Below are positions 13,556 through 26,114 of a DNA stretch of 64,000 bases, in pieces (within the stretch, counting starts at the first letter, position 1; each line of letters starts with the position of its first letter). This stretch comes from the human T2T-CHM13v2.0 reference genome, Homo sapiens, in assembly GCF_009914755.1 (NCBI RefSeq), contig NC_060927.1, one strand, 5' to 3'. The position numbers were made by a program, and so were the translations under genes. A model generated the notes under the pieces. The model was not told where the DNA came from, did no database searches, and saw only the letters and a list, made by a program, of their open reading frames with translations.

Positions 13556-14349
13556 GCCGTGGAGAGGACAGGTTGGCTGTCTCCTTTGCCTGTAGGTGGT
13601 CTGGGGCCCCAGCAGTGGGAGACCTGTAACTTCAGGCACCACTGGAAGAACTTAAGCCCAGAGAAGGAAACGGCTCTTCCACTCCCCAGCGCCCCTCCCC
13701 AGATGGTGCATCAGAACCTGGAGGGTTGCAGGACAATCTCAAGAGCAGCAGGCAGACATCTGAACCGTGGTAAGGTTTTGGGGCCCAAGGCAGGGAAGCC
13801 CGTCCCCTAAGGACAAAGGGGAGCTTGATCACTTCCCAGGGAATGACCACTAATCCAACCCAGAGCGGTTGGGGGCGGCAGGAGAGTCTTGCCCATTTGG
13901 ATGAACCTCTTGTCCCCACTAACAAAGTGAAAGTGGTTCACTGGATCTGGAGACAGGAACTGGAAAAGGGGAGGAAATGGGCCAATAGAGCGGCAAGTGC
14001 AGCAAGGTAGAGATTGCTGGCAGGGTGGCAAGAGTGGCTTGCCACCCCAACTGGGAGTGTGTGGGTGCATGTGAACCCACCCGGGACACGAGAGACACTT
14101 GTTTCATCTGATGAGGAGTCCCGGGGCAGGGGAGGTTTGTGAAAGTGTGTGAAAGAGACCGTTCCGGGAGAAACCAATGTGAGGAGTGACATGCAGGGGG
14201 CTGCAGGTCTCTTAGTAGAGGCTGTATGCTCTGAGCAACATATAGGACCAACTGGGTCTGATCAGCCTAAAAGGAAAGGAAGAGGGAGTGTGCTGAGCCT
14301 TGAAGGGAGAAAGGGAAGACTGAATGTGATGCATTGTTACTGGGAGGAA

Positions 14350-15650
14350 ATGGGAGGAAAATCCTCAAAACCCACCCCCTTGGAATGCATGCTAAAGAAC
14401 TTTAAAAAAGGCTTTGCGGGAGATTAAGGAGTCAAGTTAACCCCTCAGATGCTGAAAACTCTCTGTGAATTAGAATAGCCCTCTTTTAGTGTGGCTGCCT
14501 GGCCCAAGGCACTATAGATAAAGAAATTGGCCATGTGTTTTAAGGTGGTGACTAGGGTGGGAGGACAGCCAGGACATTCAGACAAAGACTTTATATTTAC
14601 TCATGGCTAAATAGATGCAGCCCTGCCTAGCAGTTTATTGCAGAATGCTCGCAGCTCAAGCCAAGAGAAATCAGCTGCGCTGGCAGCTACAGAGTTAAAA
14701 GGAAAGTCACAGGGGCTTGTAGCACAGCCGAGCCAAAAGTGAAGGTAAAAATCAGCTGCCCTGGCAGCTATAGAGACAAAAGAAAAGTCTCAGGAAAGGC
14801 AAAAAAATTGGTTTTGCAAGAATAACGGGACAATCTACCCCCCCTTTACCAAGCCTAACTGCCCCTAAGAAGTTAAGTTCAAACCAATACATGTTCCCAG
14901 TCTCACCCGAGAAGGAGAAATCAGAGCTCCAGGAAGTTAAAGTGAAAGATTTGAAAACTCAGGCAGGCTATCTCAGGTCTGTCCGTGCCCAAGTTATGCT
15001 TATACCTCTTAAGAGGACAAGTGGACCCCCACTAGGACCCAGATGATGCAGTCCAGCTTCTGTGCCTGCAAAGATGCGGAGAAGCACTTCTGCAAAGGCT
15101 AAAAGATGGTAGAAGAGAAAGGCAATCAATATAGAAAAAATCTCAGAGGTGCTCCAGGGTACAGATAAAAGCACCAGCCAGTTTTATAAAAGACTTTGTG
15201 ACGCATTTTGGTTGTACACTCCATTTAACCCCGAGGCTGCTGAAAATCAGCGCATGGTGAATATGGCGTTTGTAAGGCAAGCCCAAGGAGATATCAGGCA
15301 AAAATTGCGGAAGTTAGAAGCTCCGCAGGCGTCAATGCCACTCAGCTTATTAAAGTGGCTACCAAGGTGTACATTAACCGAGATCAGGAGGCAAAAAAGG
15401 AGGCTGATCATTAAGAAAGGCTAATTTGCTAGCAGCAGCCCTTAGAGGAAGAGAAGCTGACTTTGCAAGGAGGCTTGGACGCGGGCATGAACGTAGTCGT
15501 GGAAGAGGCTATTCTGGACAAGAATTTGAAGGCCTGCCGAGGCTAAAGAGAGATTAATGTGCACGGTGCAAAAGGAAAGGACACTGAAAAGATGAATGTC
15601 AAAAGAATAAGGAAAATGGTTAGGGCGATGGTATAAGAAAATCACCAGCG
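14350..15650 (+). pseudogene. gag: gag remnant (MA, partial CA/MHR, NC zinc knuckle)
   Basis: MGGKSSKPTPLECMLKNFKKGF; MHR-like QGTDKSTSQFYKRL; knuckle C-A-R-C-K-R-K-G-H-*-K-D-E-C at 15558-15599; many stops. Confidence 0.88.
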
Positions 15651-15669
15651 AAGGGCTACTGCACCCAGG

Positions 15670-18100
15670 AGGAACCCAAGACCTTCTGCACCTGCTGTAA
15701 AAGGCAGGATATAAAGTGTCAGGAAAAAAGACTCAAATCTGCTCTAAAAGTGTCCAGTATTTAAGCTTTTACATAAGCCAAGAGAAAAGATGGCTTAGTA
15801 GTGAACAAAAGCAGGCTGTTTATGCACTTCCTACTCCAACCACCAGGCATCAGATAAAAAAGTTCCTAGGGGCAGCAAGGTTCTGCCGCATTTAGATCCC
15901 AAATTTCTTGCTCATGGATAAGCCATTATACGAAGCCACAAAGGGGAGGAAAGAAGGAGCCCCTTCTCTGGAAGGCCAACCAGGAAAAGGCTTTTAAGGA
16001 AATAAAAAAAAAAGCCTTGACTCAGGCCCCAGCTTTAGGGTTACCAGATCTAACTAACTAAGCTTTTCTTCTTGTATGCCCACAAGTGAAAGGGACGCCA
16101 TAAAGGTTCTAACTCAAGCCATAAGGTCATGGCATCACCCGGTGACATACTTATCCAGCAATTAGATTCTGTGGCACTTTGATGACCTCTTTGTTTTAAA
16201 GCACTAGCTGCCACTGCCCTACTGGCGCAGGAAGCTAATAAACTGACTTTAGAGACTGTGAATACCCTAAAGGAGCTCCTAAAGGAGCAAGGAGCTACCT
16301 TGCTCCTTCCTCATCAAGTCAGTGCCAGGAGGCCCCCTTCATTGCTGTATGGACGTGGTAGATGAAGTGTTCTCAAGCCGGAGAGATTTGACAGATCAGC
16401 CCCTCAGGGACCCGGACATTGAATATTTTACTAATGGAAGCAGTTTCATACTAAAGGGAGTCTGCCAAGCTAGATATGCAGTGGTAACTTTGAACTCAGT
16501 AGTAGAGGTGCAGTCTTTGCCTACAAGAACTTCTGCTTAGAAAGCAAAGCTAATAGCTCTCTGGCTAGCAAAAGACCAGAAGGCAAATATTTACGCAGAT
16601 TCCAAATATGCTTCTGCCACTTTGCATGTTCATGAGTCTATTTACAAAGAAAAAAGAAGACTTTTAGCTGCTGGAAGTAAAGAAATAAAGTACAAGGAAG
16701 AAATTCTACAGCTCTTAAATGCTGTATAGGCCCCCAAAAAGGTAGCAGTAATGCATTGCAAAGGGCACCAAAAAGCAAGAACACTGAAGGCTAAAGAAAA
16801 CAGAAAGGCAGACAAAGAGGCAAAGCAGGCTGCAGTGACAACTCCACCTTGTAAAGAAGCCTTAGCTATACCTTTCCTCCTGGAGATTCCCTTCCCAGAG
16901 ATCCCAAGCTACACTCCAAATGAAAGGGCTTGGTTTGCCCAGGAAAGTAGAAACTACATTGAAGGAGAATGGTAAAAAATCTCCAATGTGAGGCTAGCCA
17001 TACCTGAAATGGTGGCCCCTAGATTTGTAAAACAGTTCCACCAAGGAACTCACATTGGAAAAAAAAAAAAAAAAAAAAAAAAAAACCAGCACTGAAGACA
17101 TTATTAGGGCATCATTTTCTGTGTGCCATGGCTCATTGCTATTACTCAAGTCATTTATAAACAAACAGTGTTTAACTTGTGTTCAGAACAATCCACGACA
17201 AGGGCCTACGCAGCCCCTGGGAGTTCAGAAAACAGGAGCCATACCCTGTGAAAAACTGCTCATGGACTTCACCGAATTGCCCTGAGAGGGGGGCTATCAG
17301 TACATGTTGCTGTTCATTTGCACCTTTTCAGGATAGGTCAAGACCTTCCCCACCCAGACAGAGAAGGCACTAGAGGTGACCAACATGTTGTTAAGAAACA
17401 TTATTCCCAGATTTAGACTGCCTCTAACTCTAGAATCAGACAATGGACCAACATTTGTGGCTGAAATAGTTCAGAACTTAACTCGATTATTAAAAACAAA
17501 GTGGAAATTATATACAGCCTATAGGCTGCAGAGCTCAGGTAAAGTGGAGTGCATGAACTGGATACTCAAACAGCTGCTGAAGAAATTTTGCCAAGAAACT
17601 CATCTAAGTTAAGATCAGGTCTTGCCCATGGTCCTCCTCCGAGTCAGGTGCACCCCTACCAAACAAACTAGGTATTTGCCCTGTGAGATTTTGTTCACCC
17701 AGCCACCCCCCATCATAAGTCAGATTAAAAGTGATTTCTGTAAACTAGGAAAACTAACTTTAAAAAGGCAAATGCAGTCTTTAGGTATGACCATGCAAAA
17801 AGTTCATGGCTAGGTATAGAAAAAATGCCTATAAGTCTGACAGACCCCCAATACACCCTTTTAAAACTAGGAACTTTAGTTAAGTTAAAAAATAAAATCC
17901 AACCACTCTAGGACTCATATAGGATAGGCCCCATTCTATAATCTTGTCTACTCCCACTTATGTTAAAGTTTCAGGAATCATGCCTTGGATTCACCACAGT
18001 CGGCTAAAACCAGCAGCCCAGGATCAGTGGATCAGTCAATAAGACCCAGACCGTCCAACCCGGCCGATCCTGCGACAAGACCACGTAACTAGTAGAAATA
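15670..18100 (+). pseudogene. pol: pol remnant (C-terminal RT, RNase H, integrase); protease and RT YxDD region missing
   Basis: AGYKVS.KK.QIC; FLGAARFCRI*IPNF; YFTNGSS; HCKGHQK; IN HHCC, MDFTE, SDNGP, SSGKVE. Confidence 0.9.
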
Positions 18101-18361
18101 ACAGCAGCCCTGCTGTGGCCACTCCGGAGGCTGGCCAGTCTATGCACGGCAGAAGCTTGAGGAAAACTGTAAGCCCTGCTCTAGTCACACAACTGGAAAC
18201 TGACTAGTCTACGCATGGCCAAAGCTTGAGGAGTCATCATCAAATGAGTAGATGTGAATACAAATTTTACGTTTAATTACTATCTTAGTATTACTAGTTG
18301 TTTTATTACTATGCTATCATTATTGCCAATCTGTCTGTCCAAGGGAGAACTCTTTCTGTCC

Positions 18362-18930
18362 ATGTTTAGTATAAGAATATTACTTTTTGCCTTGGCTTCA
18401 TTTGCACCTAAGTCTATACAAAAAGAAAAGCACATAGATAGTTGCCATCAGTGCGTGCACACTACATAAATAAGAAACACAGTAGTTAAGACTTTATTGT
18501 ACCATACATACTATGAATACACAGAAACCCCTCTGGAGACTTGTATGTACAACCAAACCACCTATTCATTCTGTGACCCGAGGAATAGCCAGTCTTATGT
18601 ATGCTAGAACCCTAAGCTTTTATCTAGGACCTGGTTTAAGATTTGAACTGGGTCAAGGAAAGGAAGTCTCTTAAACCAGACCAAAGTGTCTCTCCCACGA
18701 AGAAGTCAGATCTTTATATTTTAATGTTTGCCGGATAACATCCTTAGGCTCACTCTTTCCCATAATCCACAGTTCCACAGAGTACTATAGTATCTGTTTG
18801 CACAGTTGGCTAAAAACATAGCTAGACAAACTACCACTCAGCTAATGGCTTTGTGTAAATATCAACCTTTGCTCAAAGAAGAAAACTTGTCTCTTCATGG
18901 AAAATTAAGTAATATTGAGGCCTTCTAGTA
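18362..18930 (+). pseudogene. env: env remnant, ERV3-like, with two large internal deletions
   Basis: [54 protein letters not shown] / [10 protein letters not shown] match recalled ERV3-1 Env blocks. Confidence 0.85.
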
Positions 18931-18962
18931 AACTCTTTTATAAAAGGCCTCAAAGCGGGGAA

Positions 18963-19586
18963 TGAAGCGGGAAATTAAAAAAAATAATAAAATTAAAAGA
19001 AAGAGAAATAAGTTTTCTTGTTTTAGGCTAACTTGTCCCAGATGCAGCAACAGGCACAGCCCAGACTCAGGAAAAGTCTTGATAATATTATCTAATGTGC
19101 TCTGGAGACTCTCCCAGCACTCCCTCAACACAGGGAGAAGAAAAACAAATTTTCCTTTGTTTTATTGAATGAGTATATAGATTCTTGTTCTCTTAACTAG
19201 TGACTTCAAGTATTCTGTTTTATTTAAGAAGTACAACAAAGGTCATGAAAAACCTGAGTAGGCCTGAACTAGAGGTGCCTGGGCACCACAGTGAAGGTTA
19301 TAGCATAAGCCCGTGCACAGGCAAACCTAGATAAAGAACATCTGGGTTGCTTGGCAACGGTCGTATGCAATCCTGTCCTTGTCCTGCCTCTGGATCCCTG
19401 CTTTCATGTCACTGTAAGCTTGCTTCAAGCTAGTCCACCCCGTTTTGTGAAGTGTGTATAAAGTCAGGTGCTGTCTTTGTTCCGGGCCCAGTCTTTTGGA
19501 CATGAGTCAGCTGGGCCTGAGTGCACTCAATAAAGATTCTCCTGTTTCAACCCCAGGTCTTTCTCATCCTCCTGAATCCTGCAACA
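18963..19586 (+). repeat. 3' LTR
   Basis: Preceded by purine tract AAAGCGGGGAA; TATAAA at 19457-19462; ends CAACA|GTGT. Confidence 0.92.
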
Positions 19587-20598
19587 GTGTTAGCTTCATA
19601 AGTATTTATTTTACAAAATAGTAAGCTAATGTTTGAACACAATTTCCAAGATAAACCACATTTTCTCATAAATAATGTAGTCTTTTTATCAAGCACCTCA
19701 AGGTATAAAAAATAATTTTAGTTTGAACAGATCTCTTGGAATGTGTTTAACCTTGTATTTCAACAGACTTAAGATTTCCAGGGTTTCACAAGGGCCAGAT
19801 TTTTTTTGAATTACTCAGAAGAGAAAGAAAATGTCTTCTGAAAGAGGTGAACTCAATCATTACGAATAGAAAAATATCCACCGTATTTATCTCTTATAGA
19901 AACAGAGAAGGATAACATTTCCCTCCTTCAAATTATATATATATGTTATATAATATTATATATATAATTTAATATAATAATATATTAATTACATATTTCT
20001 ATATAATTATAATAATATAATATATTATATATATTATACATATCTCAAACTTCATTGTTTGTGGTCAAATAATAAAATCTGGAAGCCAGCATGAAACCCT
20101 ATAATTCACATGTTAAAATGTTGAAACTATGACCAAAATATGAAACTCCTAGAGCTATCAGAAAGAGACAAGACAAAAAGTTTTATTGTATGTGTATAAA
20201 CTAAAAGTGATAATCTCAAAAATCTTTCAAAATTATAATTATTACCTTCCAATATAAAAACTAGTTCTAAATTTTAGAAAATCTATACACAAATTACTGA
20301 TTTGCTCAGACCAACAAAAAGTCAGCAGTAACCAGAACCCAGAGGAGCTGATACTCACAGTTCTTACATGTACGACTTTTTAGAAATCATCTATAAAATA
20401 CTTTATTTTACAACCTGCTTCTCCTGTAAAACTAAAGGTCCATTTAGTTATATAAAAGTTGTATACAGTGTTAAAACCAGAGCTGTATTTAAAATACTGC
20501 ATCACAATGTTTCTAAATAGTCAGTCTTGTTCCATTGATTCATCTGTGACTTCAGTGGCTTTGCCATAATTTTCCATGGATGGTTCTGAGAGAATCTG
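19587..20598 (-). pseudogene. PPP4R2 processed pseudogene, last 25 codons plus proximal 3'UTR (5'-truncated)
   Basis: 20598->20521 translates QILSEPSMENYGKATEVTDESMEQD*, matching the recalled PPP4R2 C-terminus EILSESSMENDDEATEVTDEPMEQD*. Confidence 0.8.
19931..20043. repeat. AT-rich degenerate (TA)n expansion inside the retrocopy
   Basis: About 110 bp almost entirely A/T. Confidence 0.85.
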
Positions 20599-20806
20599 TA
20601 AATCATTTCTAGATTACTTATAATACCTAATACAATGTAAATGCTATGTAATGTTGTGATACTGTATTGTTAGGGAATAATGACAAGAAAAAAAAGTCTG
20701 TGCCTGTTCAGTACAGACACAACTAACCATTTTGTTCCCAAATATTTTTTATCTACTGCTAGTTGAATCCAGAGATGTAGAACTCATGGATATGGAGGGC
20801 TGACTG
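20599..20806 (+). mobile_element. MER2, right part
   Basis: taaatcatttctagattacttataatacctaatacaatg...gatatggagggctgactg resumes where the left part ends (tacttt|aaatc). Confidence 0.88.
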
Positions 20807-20860
20807 CATGTAGTGAATGTCTTGTAGACAGCATAAGATTTTTTTGAAAAAATGTAGTCT

Positions 20861-21218
<358 letters not shown>

Positions 21219-22590
21219 TTAGACCATTCATTAGAAGGTGATCATTGATATAGTTGGATTAATATCTGCTATGTTTATAACTGTTTTGTTGTTTACCCTT
21301 GCAATTTGCTTCTTTTTCATACTTTCCCCAGCTTCTCTAGTTTTAATTAAGTATTTTATATGATTCAATTTTCTCTCCTCTCTTTGCACACCCATTAGAC
21401 TTCTTTTTAAAAACATTTTAGTGGCTTTCCTAGAGCTTGCAAGATACATTTACAACTAATTGTAATCTACTTTAAAATAACACTATACAATTTCATGAGC
21501 ATTGTGGGTACTTTATAACAGAGTATTCCCAGTTTCTCCCTCCTATCTTTTATAATATTTTTGCCATTTATTTTATTTATCCATATGCTATAATTACACA
21601 GTGTTTTGTCACTGTTATTACTTTGAACAATTAGATCAAGTATGTAAAAAATAAAATATCTTGTTTTACCTTTATTTATTCTTTTCTGATGCTTTTACTT
21701 TTTTATGTAGATTGAAGTTTTCTATCTATATTATTTTTGCTCTATCAAAACAGCTTCTTTTATACACACACACACACATTTTGGCATAGCAAGTCTGTAG
21801 GTCTGCTGTCAATGAATTATTTGTCTGAGAAAGTCTTTATCCTTCACTTTTAAATGAGAATTTTAGGTTGGTGGATTTTTTTTTCTTTAAACACTTTAAA
21901 TATTTTACTCCACTCTCCCCATGCTTGAATTGGTTTGATGAGAAATTCATTGCAACTCTTATTCTTTTTTCCTCTATAGGTAAGATTTATTTCCTCTCTC
22001 TTATTTCAAGATTTTCTCTGTCTGTTTTTCTGAAGTTTGAACATAATGTAGATTTTTTTTTTTTGGTGTTTATTCTGCTTGATGTTATCTCAGATTTCAG
22101 AGTCTGTGATTTCATGTTTGCCATTAATTTTGGAAAGTTCTCAGCCATTATTCAAATATTTCTTCTCCTTAATTCTCTCTCCTCCTTCTGGTATTCCAAT
22201 CGTGCATAAAAATTATTTGAAAATAATTTTCTCACCATTTTTGGATATTTTATTTTTCCCCCTTTATATTTTACTTCGGGAAATTTCTATTGAAATATCT
22301 AGAAGATATCTAGAAATATCTAGAAGCCACTAATTCTTCCCTTGGCCATGTGCAATTTATTGATGAGCCCATCAAAGACTTTCTTCAATTTGTTACTCTG
22401 TTGTGATTATCATTATTACTATCTCTTGCATTTTCTTTTTATTGCTTCTTAAAGTTTCCATCTCTCTGCTTATATTATCCTTGTCCATTGTCTATTTTTT
22501 CTACCCAAGTCCTTAATATATTAATCATAGTTATTTTAAATTTCCTGCTGGATAATTCTAAAGTTTGTGTTTTATCTGAATATAGTTTAA

Positions 22591-22935
<345 letters not shown>

Positions 22936-23328
22936 CATTCTTGTCTTTTAACATGCCTTGCAATTTTTTGTCAAAGGCCAGACATGATACATGAAGTAAT
23001 AGAAATTGAGGTAAATAGGCTTTTAGTGTGGGTTTTATGCAAATGTGGCTAAAAGTTGGGTTGCATTATTGTTTACTATAGCAGCAGGTGTCAAGGGCTT
23101 CACATATCTATAGTTTCCTTGTTTTTTTCTTCCCCATTTTCTTTGAATATCTCTAAGAACTGCTTATTAATTAGAGTCTGAGACTTGCAAGTATTTCAGC
23201 TATAATCCAATGCTATTATACTAGAGCTCTATTGATGGTGGTAAGGAATTGTGGAGAGAAAGCATTCTAAAATCTTATGATTAATTCTCACTCTTTTAGT
23301 GGGCCTGTGTACCTTGGCTATAGGCTAT

Positions 23329-23987
23329 TGAGGTGGGAAATTAAAGAAAAATAAAATTAAAAAGAAAGAGAAAAAAGTTTTTCTGTATTAGGCTGATTTG
23401 TCCCAGGGGCAGCAACAGGCACAGCCCAGACCCAGGAAGAGTCTTGATAATATTATCTAATGTGCTCTGGAGACTCTCCCAGCACTCTCTCAACATAAGG
23501 AGAAGAAAAACAAATTTTCCTTTGTTTTATGGAATGAGTTCACAGATTCCTGTTCTCTGTAACTAGTGACTTCAAGTAATCTGTTTTATCTAAGCAGTAG
23601 AGTGAAGGTCATGAGCGTCTGAGCAGATCTCAGTTACAGTCACCTGGGCGCCATAGTGAAGGTTATAGGATACGCCTGTGCCTAGGCAAACCCAGATAAT
23701 GGACATCTGGGTTGCATAGCAATGGTTATGTGTAATCCTGAGTTATGAACCTGTTACAATTTGATTAACCATCTTTGTCCTGCCTCTGTATCCCTGCTTT
23801 CATGCCACTGTAAGCTTACTTCAAGCTAGCCCACCTTCTTTTGTGAAGTGTGTATAAAAGTCAAGTGCTGTCTTCGTTCTGGGCCCAGTCTTTTGGACGT
23901 TGAGTCAGCTGGGCCTGAGTGCACTCAATAAAAGATTCTCCTGTTTCAACTCTAGGTCTCTCTCTCATTCTCCTGAATCCCACAACA
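23329..23987 (+). mobile_element. Solo LTR of the same ERV3/LTR4-type family (independent insertion)
   Basis: Aligns end to end with 12913-13533; extra 31 bp at 23741-23771; flanks CTAT / CTTAT; no PBS or internal sequence. Confidence 0.92.
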
Positions 23988-25080
23988 CTTATGACCTTCA
24001 TACATTTTCTTACTTATTTTTCTCTCGCTTACCACTTTAGATGAGACAGGAAAGCAAGAAATGACTGGAGTTAGGTCATTTTCCTTCCATCTACATAAGA
24101 TAAGGTTCTGGTTATATATATCTTTTTTTTTCTTTTTTTCCTAGAAAGTAGGTTTTTTTTTTTTTAATGAAAAATGCACTGGGCTTATTTAAAAATGGTT
24201 ACATTTCCTCTTCTGTTTTTAAACATATGAAGTGATTTTTCTTGGCTCTTTACTATGAAAAGCTGATAAGGTTCCTGGAGGTGAAACCTATGGAATTGTG
24301 GGGTCTCTCTAAGACTGCAGCTCTGAAGAGTTTATCACTCTCAAGCTGATTCACATGAAGCCTCTGGCAGTCCATCAAAATTATCATTGATATGTCCCTA
24401 CCATTTTATAACACCAGTGACTTTCATTCCGAGTAAGCTGATCTCAGTGCCTTTCTATTCACGTCTCTGCTGATTTCAGGGTTGTAGTTTTCCCTGTGCC
24501 TTTAATTCTCTGAAGAGTCTAATAAAGACCATTGATTTTCAGTTTGTTCAGCTTTTTTCTTGTGTTAGGATGAGATGATGAATTCCAAGCTCTTTGTATG
24601 TTAAAACTGAAACTGGACATCTTATCTATTTTGGAATATTGACCTTGAATCCAGGTTCTTGCTGAATTGACTTGTTAATTGTAATAATTTCTCTGTAAAT
24701 TTTTCTAATTCTTTAAGTACAAAATCATGTCACCTGGAAATAAAGACTGATTTAATGCATTCCCATCTTTATTCATTTTATTTCTTTCTCATGGCTTATT
24801 GTCCAAGCTAGGATCTCCAGTCAACCATTGGAGAGAAGGACTGAGAGTGGTGGGAATTTTTGTCTTGTTACTGAGCTCAAAGGAAAAGCATTAACAGTTT
24901 CACCATTAAGTGTAATGTTAGCTGAAGGTTTGTTGTAGTTATCTTTCATTATATAAAGGAAATTCTCTTATATTCCTAGCTAGCTATTATTCATTCATAA
25001 ATAGGTATAGAAACATATTAAATGCTTTTTTCTGAATCTATTAATCACATTATTTTTCTCACTTTTTCTGTTAATATGGC

Positions 25081-25455
25081 TGTGTTAGTCCATTCTCACA
25101 CTGCTATAAAGAAATACCAGAGCCTAGGTAATTTATAAAGGAAAGAGGTTTAATTGACTCACGGTTCCACATGGCTGGGGAGGCTTCAGGAAACTTATGA
25201 TCATGGTGAGAGGCAAAGAGGAAAGGAGGACCTTCTTCAGATGGTGGCAGGAGAGAGAAGTGACTGAGCAAGAGAGAAGCTATCAAACACTTATACAACC
25301 ATCAGATCTTGTGAGAACTCGCTCACTATCATGAGAACAGCATGGGAGGAACTGCCCTAATGATCCAATCACTTCCCACCAGTTCTCTCCCTCAGCACCT
25401 GGGGATTACAATTCAAGATGAGATTTGGGTGGGGACACAAAGCCTAACCATGTCA
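25081..25455 (-). mobile_element. MaLR solo LTR (THE1D/MSTA type)
   Basis: tgtgttagtccattctcacactgctataaag...gatttgggtggggacacaaagcctaaccatgtca; 5-bp TSD ATGGC/ATGGT. Confidence 0.9.
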
Positions 25456-25673
25456 ATGGTGATTTAAATTGATTGATTTGTGAATATTAAATCATCCTTG
25501 CATTACTGGAGAGAAGGAAACCTTAGTGTTAATTACTGTGTATCCTTTTATAACGTATTGGTTAATTTGATTATCCAATATTTATTTTAGGATCAAAGCC
25601 CAGGAAAGATACTGGTCTGCAATTCTTTTTTCTTGAAATATTTTTATTAAGCTTTATTATTAAGCTTATACTG

Positions 25674-26114
25674 TGTAAGTAAAAAAAGTAATTAAGGCAG
25701 ATCTTGATTGATTTTGAGATTCATTTTGCCACGGTTGAGGATGTGCCCGGGAAAAACAAACACAAGTCACAGTAGGATCTGTGCCCTGTGCTTTTTTTCA
25801 GAGAGGATTTTGGGAATGTCAATGTTTAAAGAGGAAAGAGGAAGCAGAAGGGGAAGAAAAAAACAGGAAGGAGGGTAGTAATTAGCACTCAGTGAGTCTG
25901 TTTTACATGTGAAGAGGAGGGAGTGGGACAAAGTCAATTATGCATTCATTTCATGCTCAGTAAATCTACATTCTACATAACATAAGCATGTGAAATTACA
26001 GTAATCTATTTGGGAAAAAAAAGGAAGGTAGTCTCTTGTTTCACTTAGTTCCCAAACTCAACTTTCCCTTTAGCATAGTGAGTTCAGGATCCTGAGATTT
26101 TATTTTCTTCCACA
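25674..26114 (-). mobile_element. MER4-group ERV1 LTR (3' LTR of the adjacent internal sequence)
   Basis: Reverse complement starts TGTGGAAGAAAATAAAATCTCAGGATCC..AACTCACTA..AAAGGGAAAG; PPT (ttttcccc on +) abuts at 26115. Confidence 0.7.

Larger units (their letters stand above)
12913..19586 (+). mobile_element. ERV3/HERV-R (HERV3)-family class I provirus, defective, internally deleted and hypermutated
   Basis: Two ~620-bp TG..CA LTRs, 4-bp TSD GTGT (12909-12912 and 19587-19590), Arg PBS, gag-pol-env remnants, env resembling ERV3-1 Env. Confidence 0.93.

Noticed and set aside
18254-18930. Possible co-opted (syncytin/ERV3-like) Env protein
   Set aside because: Stop at 18467 after about 35 codons of env, further stops downstream, and most of SU and TM deleted.
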